IMG/VR virus record: IMGVR_UViG_3300020178_000002
Coordinates: 248,137-312,136 of that record
DNA length: 64,000 bases
Reading direction: 5' to 3' (one strand)
Position numbers and translations under genes: made by a program. The notes beneath the pieces were generated by a model. The model was not told where the DNA came from and searched no databases. It was given only the letters and a program-made list of their open reading frames with translations. Of this stretch, positions 19,617-30,203 are shown piece after piece; position 1 is the stretch's first letter; each line of letters starts with the position of its first letter.

Positions 19617-20025
19617 GTCAAAAGGGAAAACTCCTTTGTTTATGGAAGTTGATGTTCCCCCTATGTGTAAGCCTTTGTTGGTTGGCAGTAGTAAAGATGG
19701 CCTTTTAAGATGGGCTGAAAGTCCTTCTAATAGAAACACCATCTTAACTTGGGGGCAGGAATCCTCTATCGAAGAAGTCCTCACAGAAATGGTTAAAATG
19801 ACCTTAGAGAGAGGTTTGGAAGAAAATTGGGGTGTGCATCAAGTTGACGAGAAAAGTGCCTTAGGACGAATGTCAGGTGTCGGCATTGAAGATGTTATAG
19901 TTAAAGAGGGTTTGGTTTTTCCAAAAGACCCCTCAGTTTTAGGTTCTTTGATCATTATGGACAACCGACTTTTCCCTGTTTTACACAATGTGAAAAGAGG
20001 AATCTGTGTCATCAAAGAACCTTAG
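19591..20025 (+). CDS. Hypothetical protein
   Basis: Operon-like overlap with neighbours. Confidence 0.5.
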   Translation: MMIEIVRLKSKGKTPLFMEVDVPPMCKPLLVGSSKDGLLRWAESPSNRNTILTWGQESSIEEVLTEMVKMTLERGLEENWGVHQVDEKSALGRMSGVGIEDVIVKEGLVFPKDPSVLGSLIIMDNRLFPVLHNVKRGICVIKEP

Positions 20026-20431
20026 CTTTATTAAAGGTGGTCTAAGAGAAGTTCACATTGAGAATTCCATTAGACTATATAATCAAGTTCTCTATCATAC
20101 TAAGAAGTACCCTTTTAGGTCACTTGCTTATGTTTTCTTTAACTTAAACAAAGAGATAGATGGAGAGTTCTTTGAGATGTCTCACTATCAAGGTTTTCAT
20201 GATATGTGTGGTCGTTCTTGGTCTATTCATGGGATAGACGTAGATCTATTCTTAGATCTTAATACAGACGTAATATCTCTCAAGCTAACTAAGGACAGTT
20301 GCTCTTTTCGAGAAGATAGGTCTTTAAAAAAGTTTAGCTATGAAGAAGTTATTGGAATCTTCATGCCTTACTATTTGTTAAAGATAAGAAGTCTCTGGAT
20401 GACTTTTAATTGTCCAGACCCTTCTCGATAG
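20006..20431 (+). CDS. Hypothetical protein
   Basis: GTG start with GAGGA RBS. Confidence 0.45.
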   Translation: MSSKNLSFIKGGLREVHIENSIRLYNQVLYHTKKYPFRSLAYVFFNLNKEIDGEFFEMSHYQGFHDMCGRSWSIHGIDVDLFLDLNTDVISLKLTKDSCSFREDRSLKKFSYEEVIGIFMPYYLLKIRSLWMTFNCPDPSR

Positions 20432-21338
20432 CAGCAACAACACCCTTGCTTTCAACTTTGATGATCTCTTGAATCACTTCTGGTTGATCTCCATACATTT
20501 CGAGAGCAATCTTAGCTCTCTTTGACCAATGCTTTGAGGTGTCCCATTCAACACCACCTGGAAGTACTTTGATCTTAGAGTTATCTTTACCAAGAGCAAT
20601 CGCACCTTGTGCAGACTCTACTCCACCATCAATGACTTGGAGGATTTGCTTGTTCTCAAGGTCTTGTTCTTCAGTAGGAGTCATCTCTGGTTCTTCTTGA
20701 GCCACATTAAGCTTTGCAGAAACATCATCTTGAAGTTCAACAACAGGTTGAGAAGCAGTTTTGCTCATTTCAGTCACAGGAGCTTCAAGATTGTCTAGTT
20801 TTGAGATCTCGGCACTTGCTTGACTTCCATCAGAGATGACAGTCTTTTGCTTAGAAGATGTAGAAAGCTTGATCGTAGAAACAGTGTCAGCATCTTGCAT
20901 TTCTGCAACACCATTTGTGACCTCTGCACCAGACTTATTCTCTACCTTTGCAACAGCAATAATATCATCGTCTTGGCTTTCAACCACTAATGGGAATCTC
21001 TTTGTTTTTTCTCCCTCTTTCTTAGGGTTTACTTCTGCAACAGACCTTTCCTCATCATACACGCTTTGGACAGGCATTTCTTTTTTAGGTGCTGGTGCTG
21101 GTGCTGGTGTGACAGGTTCGCTTACTGCTGATTCTTCTTGTACAATAGAAAGCCAACCACGTTTAACACCAGCTTTTAGTTCAGGCATTTCAGTGGTTTG
21201 TCCACTAAACTTAAGTTGGAGACCATCATATTCAACAACCTCACCCTCATAGATATTTCTTTCAAGTCTTCCAAGGTGGATGATTGTGTTTGCACGAAGT
21301 TTAGTAAATGTACCTCTTTTGAATGAGAACTCGCTCAT
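20406..21338 (-). CDS. Hypothetical protein with acidic/Pro-Ala linker
   Basis: 310 aa; GGAGGA RBS. Confidence 0.6.
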   Translation of the reverse strand: MSEFSFKRGTFTKLRANTIIHLGRLERNIYEGEVVEYDGLQLKFSGQTTEMPELKAGVKRGWLSIVQEESAVSEPVTPAPAPAPKKEMPVQSVYDEERSVAEVNPKKEGEKTKRFPLVVESQDDDIIAVAKVENKSGAEVTNGVAEMQDADTVSTIKLSTSSKQKTVISDGSQASAEISKLDNLEAPVTEMSKTASQPVVELQDDVSAKLNVAQEEPEMTPTEEQDLENKQILQVIDGGVESAQGAIALGKDNSKIKVLPGGVEWDTSKHWSKRAKIALEMYGDQPEVIQEIIKVESKGVVAAIEKGLDN

Positions 21339-21415
21339 ATTTCCTCCATAATGTCGGTATCTAAGTATTACCTTTTATTTATACCGACATAATAGAGAGA
21401 TTATGAGTAGAAAAC

Positions 21416-21997
21416 TCAATTAGGTTGGAAAATCTCACTGGTTTGTAAAGAAACCGAACCCTGTGAAGGCCTTTGCCACTTTATAATCATCCCTTCTCCA
21501 CCACTATATTCCTGTGATCTTGCAACCAAAGTATATCTCTCTCCTGCAACAACATCATAAGTACCTGTGCCTGAACCTTGACCTGTTCCATGACCACCAT
21601 AATAAGTTGTAATGCTAGTTCCCTCTATGTGTATATCCCCACCATCATCTGAATCGACAGAGAATGTGTAAGTACCTGTTTCTTTAGGTACGAAAAGGAA
21701 AGTCACTTCAACAGAAAAGTAGTTGCCACTATTAGGTACAGTAGCACCTGCACCTGTTAGTGTAGTATACACATTCCAATTAAGAGATACACTTCCACTT
21801 AAGCTCCCAGACCAACTCAAGTTTGTGTTTGAATTATTTACATCAAATAGCTTATCAAACTCTGTGGTGTTTTCAGGGTGGTCAGCATACTGAGATGTGC
21901 TGCCATTTCCAGCATGTGTGCTGAAGATACGAACATTGGTCACATTGTTTGTTAAAGGAGTCCTTACTGCCACAACTCCATGTAATGATTTCATCAT
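21416..21997 (-). CDS. PA14-domain (carbohydrate-binding) protein
   Basis: YFSVEVT...ETGTYTFSVDSDDGG...QEYSGGEGMIIKW. Confidence 0.75.
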   Translation of the reverse strand: MMKSLHGVVAVRTPLTNNVTNVRIFSTHAGNGSTSQYADHPENTTEFDKLFDVNNSNTNLSWSGSLSGSVSLNWNVYTTLTGAGATVPNSGNYFSVEVTFLFVPKETGTYTFSVDSDDGGDIHIEGTSITTYYGGHGTGQGSGTGTYDVVAGERYTLVARSQEYSGGEGMIIKWQRPSQGSVSLQTSEIFQPN

Positions 21998-22008
21998 CTT
22001 TCTTCTCC

Positions 22009-22734
22009 TTAAACTAGAACAACATTATCAGTGGGTGAGCTATAATTTTGAGCAATCTGTGAAGCACTTAGCTCAACATCATAAACCCTCATTATTCCAA
22101 ATCTACCATCAAAGTTTGTTCCATCTCCTTGGTTGGTTGCGTCTTGATACCCAAAGTTGTAATAAAAGTCACCTGTAGACTCTTCTGGTGAATCCCAAGC
22201 AACATTAACAGAACCAGAGAACTCGCCATCTAGGTAGCCTTTCACAGTTGTTCCATTATAGGTCAAGACCACTTGATGCCATTCATTAAATGAGATGTTG
22301 TCTGTAGCACCCGTAGAAGTAATCCCTGCCCCATTCCATAAGCCAAACTCAAGACTCCCATTGACTATTTCTATTGAAGTGTGATGGTAGCTTATATCTG
22401 GTGTTGCTTGGGCATTGGCCTGCATAACAACACCATTATTTGTAGGGTATATCCATAACTCTGTTGAATGGATTTCTGTTAAAGAAGAGTTTAAATTTGC
22501 TGTAGTGATATAGTCATTTACAAAAGTGAAATAGCTACCACTAAAAGCTGGTGAGCCTGTAATACTTCCATCTAGGCCATTACCAGAGATGTCTGTAATA
22601 ACAGCACCATCACCATCTTGATAAGAAGATGTTTTAAAGGTGTTATAGTGAATGACCAAGTTGTCTGTCACTATCCCCCTAAAACTGCCTCTAGCTGAAA
22701 CCACTACTCCATGAAATGTTTTCATCATATTCAT
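22009..22734 (-). CDS. LamG/concanavalin-A-like domain protein
   Basis: ELWIYP...NEWHQVVLTYNGTTVKGYLDG...FDGRFGIMRVYDVELSASQI. Confidence 0.8.
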   Translation of the reverse strand: MNMMKTFHGVVVSARGSFRGIVTDNLVIHYNTFKTSSYQDGDGAVITDISGNGLDGSITGSPAFSGSYFTFVNDYITTANLNSSLTEIHSTELWIYPTNNGVVMQANAQATPDISYHHTSIEIVNGSLEFGLWNGAGITSTGATDNISFNEWHQVVLTYNGTTVKGYLDGEFSGSVNVAWDSPEESTGDFYYNFGYQDATNQGDGTNFDGRFGIMRVYDVELSASQIAQNYSSPTDNVVLV

Positions 22735-22762
22735 TCTCCTTAGTGGCTTTAGCTTATTGGCA

Positions 22763-23098
22763 TTAGACTCCTGTCAAATCTCCAAATAAATACCACTCGT
22801 CACTTGCTATCTTTACTAGGGTTGCTGCCCCATATTGTGTAGATATATAACGATTACCACTTACAGAATTAATGGTAACACCAACTGCATTGCCAATGTT
22901 AAGTGTACCTGTGCCTTTACGGACTACAATAATCTGTGTTCCGATAGGGAAAGGAATATTGGCATTTGTATCAACTAAAACACTTTTGGCAGTAGCACTG
23001 TTCATTTCAACCAAACCACCACCATCAGAAATGGCAAGGGTGTGGTTGTCAGTTACGCTGACTATGTGGACTCTCTCTTTTTCAACTAAGTAGCTCAT
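22763..23098 (-). CDS. Small tail-fibre-associated beta-sandwich protein
   Basis: FPIGTQI...QYGAATLVK...WYLFGDL, typical of fibre-tip domains. Confidence 0.6.
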   Translation of the reverse strand: MSYLVEKERVHIVSVTDNHTLAISDGGGLVEMNSATAKSVLVDTNANIPFPIGTQIIVVRKGTGTLNIGNAVGVTINSVSGNRYISTQYGAATLVKIASDEWYLFGDLTGV

Positions 23099-23112
23099 TC
23101 AAAATCCCTTTC

Positions 23113-26100
23113 TTAGACTACATACCAAGCTGTTCCAAAAGCCATAAGAGTCAGAGAAGCACCTTGAACAACGTCTTTAGTAGCAGCACCATCTACTTCT
23201 TGACCACCACTACCATCAACAGTCAAGGTATTAGTGCCTGTGTTGAAAATCTGAAGCACATAACCATCATACCCTGCTGTGAGGTCAAAGAGATTGACAG
23301 TGCCTGCTGTACCCCCATTGCTCAGGAAGTAAGCATGTTTATTTTCAACTGCGTCTGGAGCAGAGATGCTTACAGCATTAGTTGCAAAAGCAGGACTAGC
23401 ACACTCGTAACGAGAACCTTCAGAAGCCTTAACAGTTACAACAGAATACTTACTACCAGCTCTGTCTACCTCAACCTCTCCCTCAAAAGTTGCCTTTTGA
23501 GCAGAGTCGATAGTAAGAGCAGTTGTTCCAGAGTTTAATGTGCTTCCAGAAGCTCCTGCTGAAGTAGTTTCAAATACAATCGAGCCACCATTTTCATTAC
23601 CTGTGCTCGCACCTCCAGAGACAGTAAGACTTGAACCTGCACTATCAGCACCTGTTGCCCTACCACCTCTTACTTTACTTAAGTCAAGTAATGCAAGCTC
23701 TGCATCTGTTCCTGGAACAGATGAGTCAGAACCATTAGAGTTAAGGGTTGTGTTGTCAGAGAATAGTACAAATCTTTCAGCTTCGTCTGGTTGGAAAACT
23801 AAACCACCGAATCTGATTGCCAAACTATCATTACGATATTGGAAGTAGTGACCTGTATCTGCTTGGCTAGCTTGACCGCTACCTAAGAAAATCAATGGGT
23901 CTGTCATTCTAACAGTAGCACCTAAAGAGGTGATTGAGTTTACATTCAAGTCACCTGTGATTGTGACTGTATTAGGCAACCCTACTGTCACAGTACCATT
24001 ACTGTTTGTAACAGAAATCTGGTTTGAAGTACCTTCAATTGTAAGTGCATTGTTTGTCTTCTGATTGAAGTCGTATGTACTCCCTCCACCAGAATCCGTT
24101 GTTAGACTGAATAATGTATCATCTTCATGGATAATGACTTTACCAGCACCACCATCATTAGATAGCAACCAGCGATTAACACCCTCATCCCACTGAATAA
24201 ATGTATTTGAGTCTGTTCCTCTGTCAACATAAATGAAAGCGTCTACATCTGCTGCTGCATTTGCCACACCCTCATTTAATGTTAAAGTTTTTGTCGTTGC
24301 GATAGTGACATTTTCATTAAAGGTTGCAACACCATCTACTTGTAAAGTACTCTCAAGAGTAGTTGCACCATTAGCTGTTAATGTGCCACCACCTGTTGTA
24401 GAAATATTTCCTGTTGTAGTGAGAGCATCGCTTCCAAAGTCAATTCCAGAGTTATCTCCTGTTGTGATAGAACCTGCTGCAAGAACCACCTTCGCTGCTT
24501 GGTCACTGTCTGCAATAATACTTCCTTCAGCTTGGACATTTCCAGCACCATTGAACTGCCAAACATTAGAACCCTCATCCCAATAGAAGATAGCGTCTGT
24601 GCCAGCAGTTGGTCTTGAAACAGTGATTCCAAAGTCATGTGCGTCAAGCTCTGCTGTATTATCAGAGTTGAACAGGATTGCACCTTGACTTGGGGTGTCA
24701 ATCTCAATAACACCTGTCGAGGTTTTAATGTTCCCTGTTGCTGTGACAGTAGACAATGTGCTTACAGCACCTGTCGTAGCAACTGTGAAGTTAGGGGCTG
24801 CTGTAATTGTTCCACCAACAGTGACCTGAGTCTCTGAATGTAGCTTTCCACCCTTAACAACAAATGAATCTTCTGAGTCATCCCAATCAAGTTGGACATT
24901 TGCAGTAGTGTCATTGACCTTGAAGATTGAAACATCAGCGTCTGCTGTGTCCGAGTTAACAAGAATCGCAACATTGTTTGTAGGTGCTGTCTTGATGTTT
25001 AAAGTATCATCAAGAGTAGACTGTCCTGTAACAGAAAGGGTAGTTCCTACATCAAGAGTAGTTCCCACAGTTAAATCAGCAGTTGTAGAGGTGCTTTGGT
25101 TCAATGTTGTTGTTAGAGCTGTAGTGTCGATAGTGAGGTAAGACTCACCTGCATTACCTTGCTTGATAACCAAAGCAGAGGCTTGAGTATCAGCAAGTTG
25201 TACTACAACCCCATCACCATCATTGTCAGAAAGAGTATTGATTGCAATGTCAGTAACATTTGAGATTGCACTCTCTCCCATATCAATGCCTGCAACAGTG
25301 AGTGAAGAAGAAAGAGTCAAAGCACCTGCTGTTGTAAGAACAGCCGTTGTAGTTCCTGCTGAAGTTGTGTCTCCAACAGTAAGTGCATTACCACCTGCTT
25401 TACCTTGTAGGTGCAATCCAGATTGTGCGTTTACATTGAACTCGTTATTTGTCTCATCCCAAGAGATGATTGCATTTGTTAAAGTTCCTCTTTCAATAGT
25501 AATAAGAACAGCATCGTCTTCTTCTGCAGCACCCGTTAGGTCTGAGTTGAAGAGTATACCATTTGTATTTGTAGACTCTATCTTAAGGTCTGCTTTTAAT
25601 GTTGAGATGCCATTCACACTAAGAGTAGAAGAAAGAGAAGTAGGTTGTACAAGAGTGATTAACTCAGACCCCTCTCTTGTATCAAAGGTCATGTAAGAGT
25701 CTGCGTTTCCATCAGTACTCAAATCTTTAATCTCAAGAGCATTTTCAATGTTATCTACAAGATTAATCTTGAAGCTACCTGTTGCAGCAGAAGAAGCTCT
25801 TAAGTCGTCTGTCTTAAGTTGACCTGTAACAGTAGTAATACTACTTGTGGTGTCTACATTAAGAACATCAGTACCATTAGCTTTCTCTACCACAAAAGCA
25901 GAAGCAGAACCTGTTGTAACATTTAAAGTGTTGAGGATAGAGGTAGCACCTGCATTACTTACACTAAATACATCAGCACCTACATTGATACCTGCATCTG
26001 GCTCGAACAAGGCACTTGTAATAGTGACCTTTGGAGTGTTGGTGTCAATGTTAAAGATTTCTGCATTAGCTCCTGTTTCAACTTTGAAAGCTGTTGCAGA

Positions 26101-29100
26101 AGTCTTTGTTACCAGAACCTCGCCTGTTGTAGCTAAGTTATAGTTAGCACCATCAACAGTGAACTTGTCAGTATCAACTGCAATTCCACCATTAGCGTTA
26201 ACAATCCCTGCTGAAGTAATTGTGCTAGTTGTGGTTAGAGTACCAATCTTCAAGTCACCCCAAGTATCAGGATCACCAAAGTCTGTTTCTGTAGAAGCAA
26301 CAGTAGTTGTACCCATCTTAAATGTGTCATCACCCTCATCGAAGAAGAAGATACCATCTTCTACAGCATCTCCCAGACCATCAACACCACGCTCAAAGAA
26401 AAGACCAATGTCTCTACTGTTTTGAGCATTAGCAATACCTTGGTTAAGTCGGATTACAGAATCTGTCACATCAAGGTCTGTCGAGTTAATGGTTGTTAAA
26501 GTTCCATTGACAGTCATGTTAGTGCAGGTAATAGACCCTGTTGTTGTAAGATTCTCGTCATTGAAGTTGATAGTACCTGTAGCAGAAGTCAAAGACCCAT
26601 TGTTAAAGGTAAAGTCAGCAATCTGAGAACCAACAGCAGTTGCTGTGATAGCACCTGTAACTCCAAGAGTACCACCTACAGAGGTGTTCCCATTAGAAGC
26701 ATCTACTGTAAATTGGTCAGCACCGATGGTTAGGTTGCCAGCAGAGTTTAGAGCATTAGAGATCAACCATTCATCTTCACTCTCATCCCATTGGATATAA
26801 GAGTTTGTTAAAGCACCTCTTTCTACTTCAATTTTAGCATCTCTTTCTGCACCATTTCCTGTAGCGTCAGAGTTTAGAAGTATAATAGCGTTCTGAGCGT
26901 CAGCGTTCTGAGCTAGATCATCAGATCTAACATTCAAAGCACCTGCAAGAGTAGTTACACCATTAACATGGAACTGAGTAGCTGGAGCACTCTCATTGAT
27001 ACCTACCCTGTCAGTTGTTCCATTTGTAAACAATAGGTGGGTTTGATTGTCACCCTCAACTCTAAAGTCGAAAGCATTACCATCTTCATTAACAACAATG
27101 TTTCCACCATTAAGCCCGATAGCACCATTTGTGAAACTTGCTGTTCCTGAAAAAGTAATATTCTTGCTTACAGTGATTAACTCAGAACCATCTGTGGTAT
27201 CTACTTTAAGATAGCTGGTAGCTCCCTCTTTAATCTCAAAAGAACCAGCAACATTGTCATCCATAACAACGACAACTGTATTTCCAACACTTGAAATAGT
27301 TCCTAGAGAAATCTCTCCTACATTAGTAATGTTGCCATTACTAGCATTTAAAGAGGTAACAGTCGCATCACCAGCTCCTAGAGTACCTGTTGTAGACAGG
27401 TTATTGTCGTTGAAAGATAGGTTGTTATTAACATTTGTGGTCTGGATTTGACCATTTGTTATTTCAATATCTCCAACAGTAGATCCAGAGGCTAAGGTAC
27501 TTTGACCTGTGACAGAAAGAGTACCATCAATAGAAGTATTTCCTGTTCCATCAGCAACAACGAACTTATCAGTGTCTACTACAATACCACCATTAGCTGT
27601 TAATGTGCTGTCTACTATAAGAGTACCACCTATAGAAGTGTTGCCTGTTGTATCGGCAACAGTAAAGTTATCGGCAGTAATACCACCATTAGCTGTAAAA
27701 CTACCATCCACAGTGAGAGCAGCGTCAGCATTTAATGTGTTTGAGAAGTTAGCTATGTTTGAGAAAGTTGTTTCTTGAGCTACAGTGATTAACTCGGCAG
27801 TGTTTGTAGTATCTACTTTAATATAGCTGGTAGCTCCCTCTTTAATCTCAAAAGCCCCAGCAATATTGTCATCCATAGCAACGACAACTGTAGTTCCTGC
27901 ACTTGAAATAGTGCCGAGAGAAATCTCTCCCACGCTAGTAATGTTTCCACTACTAGCATTTAAAGAGGTAACAGTGGTAGCACCTGCACCCAGAGTTCCT
28001 GTTGTAGTAAGATCCTCATTTCCAAAGTCGATAGTACCTGTATCAGAAGTCAAAGAACCATTATTAAAAGTAAAGTCAGCAATCTGAGAACCAACAGCAG
28101 TTGCTGTAATAGTGCTGGTCACAGTAAGAGTGCCACCTATAGAGGTATTTCCTGTTCCATCAGCAACAGAGAAGTTTTCTGCTGTGAGACCACCTGTTAG
28201 GGTAAGTAAGCCAGAGACAGTTGCTGTATTTAAGGAAGCATCTCCTGTTGAGGTAATGTTTAATGAAGTCCAGTTGCCTGTTGTAGACACATTTTCATTA
28301 CCGAAGTCAATACCAGCACCATCCGTAAAAGCTTCAATAGTAGTGCCTGTAAAAGTAAGACCTGCAAGTTGGTGACCATTGCTGTCTGTTGTGATAACAC
28401 CAGCATTAGAGACAGTGAAGTTTGAAGCCCCATCTACAGCACCTTGAGAGATAGCACCTACAATGTTAAGTCCATCACTTACAGAGAAGTATGCTGAAGA
28501 CTCATCCCAAGAGAGGGTTGCATAAGTGATACCTCTATCTACACGGATAAGTGTTTCATCTTCAGCATTAGCCTCATCATGTCTAAAGGTAATGCCATTA
28601 GCTGAAGAATTACTAATGTTAATGTTCCTAGTGACAATCAAATCTTGTCCCACAGTAAGATCTGTTGCTGTAGAAGCATTGTGACTCAAAGCCCATGTGC
28701 TAGTTCCATTATTCCATTGCATGGTTGCATAGGTTGGTCCATTTGAGAGGGCGACAGCAATTGAAGCATTTGCTGGAGTATTATCTGTTACTACATCAGA
28801 GTTCAGGATAATGCTGTGGTCAGCATCTTTTTCAACGAGTACAGAACCTTGAGCAGTTATATCACCTGTCAAAGTAGATGTGCTTCCAATGGTTAAAGTA
28901 CCTGTTGTAGACAAGTTGTTATCATTGAAAGATAGGTTGTTATTAACATTTGTGGTCTGGATTTGCCCATCTGTTATTTCAATGTCACCAACAGTAGAGC
29001 CAGAAGCTAGTGTGCTTTGACCTGTGACAGAAAGAGTGCCATCAATAGAAGTGTTGCCTGTGCCATCTCCTGCAACAGTGAACTTATCAGTGTCTACTGC

Positions 29101-30147
29101 AATACCTTCATTAGCATTTAACAAGCCTGAAAGTGTTGTGACCCCTGTGACACCAAGAGTTGTCGTAACGCTAATAGCACCTGTAGTTTCTAGGGATTTT
29201 AGCTTGAGGTCAGAGTAGTCTGTCGGGTTGAAGTCAGTATCCCCACCTGTACTACCATTCGGGGCTTGTGCTAGCTTAAAAATCTGATCTGTATTATCAA
29301 AGATAAATACCTGATCACCTTGAGCACCTGGGTTAGTGAAGAACAATCCGACATCACTTGCCACATCACCATTATTTAAGATCATCACAGGGTCTTCTAC
29401 TGTGAGCTGGTCGGTGTTAATGGTTGTTAAAGTACCACTGACAGTTAAGTTTCCAGATACATTAAGATCGTTAGAGACAGTCAAGTCGTTTGCAATGGTG
29501 ACATCATTAGGTAAGCCAACAGTGACAACAGTGCCATTGGTGTTGTTTCCATCATTGGTGACAGCTATTGTTGTCTCATTTGGAGTAGCAGTTAATGTTA
29601 AAGTCTGACCGAGAGGTAGGTTGTCAGTATTAGTGCCATCAGAAATTGTGATGGTACTGTTAGCCAATTTAGCATTCGTGACTTGACCCTCTTGGATGTT
29701 TACTGTTTGGATCGCATCTGTAGTGAGTGTAGCTACACCCAATGCGTCCACTTCTATATCACCACTGAAAGTAATATTTTCCCATCTACCATCATTATCG
29801 TTGTCATAGATTAGGAATTGGGCTTCTCCAAGATTTGTTAATGTCACATCTGATAACCCTCCGACAGTGATTCCACCACCAGAGTCAACGTATGCTTTGG
29901 TTGCGACATCCTGATTGTTTACAGGATCTGCAACATTTATCAATTTTTGACCATTGAAGTCGACATCTGCATTAGGTGAGATGTTTGAAAGCGTAGGGTG
30001 TGCAGTAGCAGTACCACCTTGTGTGCTTCCATCATGAACTCGAATGGTATTTAGTGTTGTATCAACTGTTATCTCACCGACTGCTCCTGTGAACGAATTG
30101 TTCTCGGCAGTAGTTCCTCTTCTTAGTTGGACTCTACGGACTGACAT
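23113..30147 (-). CDS. Giant tail fibre/adhesin (2344 aa) with Mtd-type N-terminal domain
   Basis: N-terminus VQLRRGTTAENNSFTGAVGEITVDT...RVHDGSTQGG; G/T/D/N-rich beta repeats. Confidence 0.75.
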   Translation of the reverse strand: MSVRRVQLRRGTTAENNSFTGAVGEITVDTTLNTIRVHDGSTQGGTATAHPTLSNISPNADVDFNGQKLINVADPVNNQDVATKAYVDSGGGITVGGLSDVTLTNLGEAQFLIYDNDNDGRWENITFSGDIEVDALGVATLTTDAIQTVNIQEGQVTNAKLANSTITISDGTNTDNLPLGQTLTLTATPNETTIAVTNDGNNTNGTVVTVGLPNDVTIANDLTVSNDLNVSGNLTVSGTLTTINTDQLTVEDPVMILNNGDVASDVGLFFTNPGAQGDQVFIFDNTDQIFKLAQAPNGSTGGDTDFNPTDYSDLKLKSLETTGAISVTTTLGVTGVTTLSGLLNANEGIAVDTDKFTVAGDGTGNTSIDGTLSVTGQSTLASGSTVGDIEITDGQIQTTNVNNNLSFNDNNLSTTGTLTIGSTSTLTGDITAQGSVLVEKDADHSIILNSDVVTDNTPANASIAVALSNGPTYATMQWNNGTSTWALSHNASTATDLTVGQDLIVTRNINISNSSANGITFRHDEANAEDETLIRVDRGITYATLSWDESSAYFSVSDGLNIVGAISQGAVDGASNFTVSNAGVITTDSNGHQLAGLTFTGTTIEAFTDGAGIDFGNENVSTTGNWTSLNITSTGDASLNTATVSGLLTLTGGLTAENFSVADGTGNTSIGGTLTVTSTITATAVGSQIADFTFNNGSLTSDTGTIDFGNEDLTTTGTLGAGATTVTSLNASSGNITSVGEISLGTISSAGTTVVVAMDDNIAGAFEIKEGATSYIKVDTTNTAELITVAQETTFSNIANFSNTLNADAALTVDGSFTANGGITADNFTVADTTGNTSIGGTLIVDSTLTANGGIVVDTDKFVVADGTGNTSIDGTLSVTGQSTLASGSTVGDIEITNGQIQTTNVNNNLSFNDNNLSTTGTLGAGDATVTSLNASNGNITNVGEISLGTISSVGNTVVVVMDDNVAGSFEIKEGATSYLKVDTTDGSELITVSKNITFSGTASFTNGAIGLNGGNIVVNEDGNAFDFRVEGDNQTHLLFTNGTTDRVGINESAPATQFHVNGVTTLAGALNVRSDDLAQNADAQNAIILLNSDATGNGAERDAKIEVERGALTNSYIQWDESEDEWLISNALNSAGNLTIGADQFTVDASNGNTSVGGTLGVTGAITATAVGSQIADFTFNNGSLTSATGTINFNDENLTTTGSITCTNMTVNGTLTTINSTDLDVTDSVIRLNQGIANAQNSRDIGLFFERGVDGLGDAVEDGIFFFDEGDDTFKMGTTTVASTETDFGDPDTWGDLKIGTLTTTSTITSAGIVNANGGIAVDTDKFTVDGANYNLATTGEVLVTKTSATAFKVETGANAEIFNIDTNTPKVTITSALFEPDAGINVGADVFSVSNAGATSILNTLNVTTGSASAFVVEKANGTDVLNVDTTSSITTVTGQLKTDDLRASSAATGSFKINLVDNIENALEIKDLSTDGNADSYMTFDTREGSELITLVQPTSLSSTLSVNGISTLKADLKIESTNTNGILFNSDLTGAAEEDDAVLITIERGTLTNAIISWDETNNEFNVNAQSGLHLQGKAGGNALTVGDTTSAGTTTAVLTTAGALTLSSSLTVAGIDMGESAISNVTDIAINTLSDNDGDGVVVQLADTQASALVIKQGNAGESYLTIDTTALTTTLNQSTSTTADLTVGTTLDVGTTLSVTGQSTLDDTLNIKTAPTNNVAILVNSDTADADVSIFKVNDTTANVQLDWDDSEDSFVVKGGKLHSETQVTVGGTITAAPNFTVATTGAVSTLSTVTATGNIKTSTGVIEIDTPSQGAILFNSDNTAELDAHDFGITVSRPTAGTDAIFYWDEGSNVWQFNGAGNVQAEGSIIADSDQAAKVVLAAGSITTGDNSGIDFGSDALTTTGNISTTGGGTLTANGATTLESTLQVDGVATFNENVTIATTKTLTLNEGVANAAADVDAFIYVDRGTDSNTFIQWDEGVNRWLLSNDGGAGKVIIHEDDTLFSLTTDSGGGSTYDFNQKTNNALTIEGTSNQISVTNSNGTVTVGLPNTVTITGDLNVNSITSLGATVRMTDPLIFLGSGQASQADTGHYFQYRNDSLAIRFGGLVFQPDEAERFVLFSDNTTLNSNGSDSSVPGTDAELALLDLSKVRGGRATGADSAGSSLTVSGGASTGNENGGSIVFETTSAGASGSTLNSGTTALTIDSAQKATFEGEVEVDRAGSKYSVVTVKASEGSRYECASPAFATNAVSISAPDAVENKHAYFLSNGGTAGTVNLFDLTAGYDGYVLQIFNTGTNTLTVDGSGGQEVDGAATKDVVQGASLTLMAFGTAWYVV
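27380..29100 (-). repeat. Internal duplications in the 2344-aa fibre (GTGNTSIDGTLSVTGQSTLASGSTVGDIEIT.GQIQTTNVNNNLSFNDNNLSTTGTL, two copies)
   Basis: Near-identical blocks at about 27380-27580 and 28895-29100; further repeated AVGSQIADFTFNNGSLTS and FEIKEGATSY blocks. Confidence 0.8.
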
Positions 30148-30203
30148 AGATTACTCCTTAAAAAATGACTCTAATTTAATAAACGTGTTCTATATAAACA
30201 CTA

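Noticed and set aside
23113-30147. Diversity-generating retroelement suggested by the Mtd-type N-terminus
   Set aside because: No reverse transcriptase in the window and no TR/VR pair noticed; the N-terminal domain is a generic fibre anchor.
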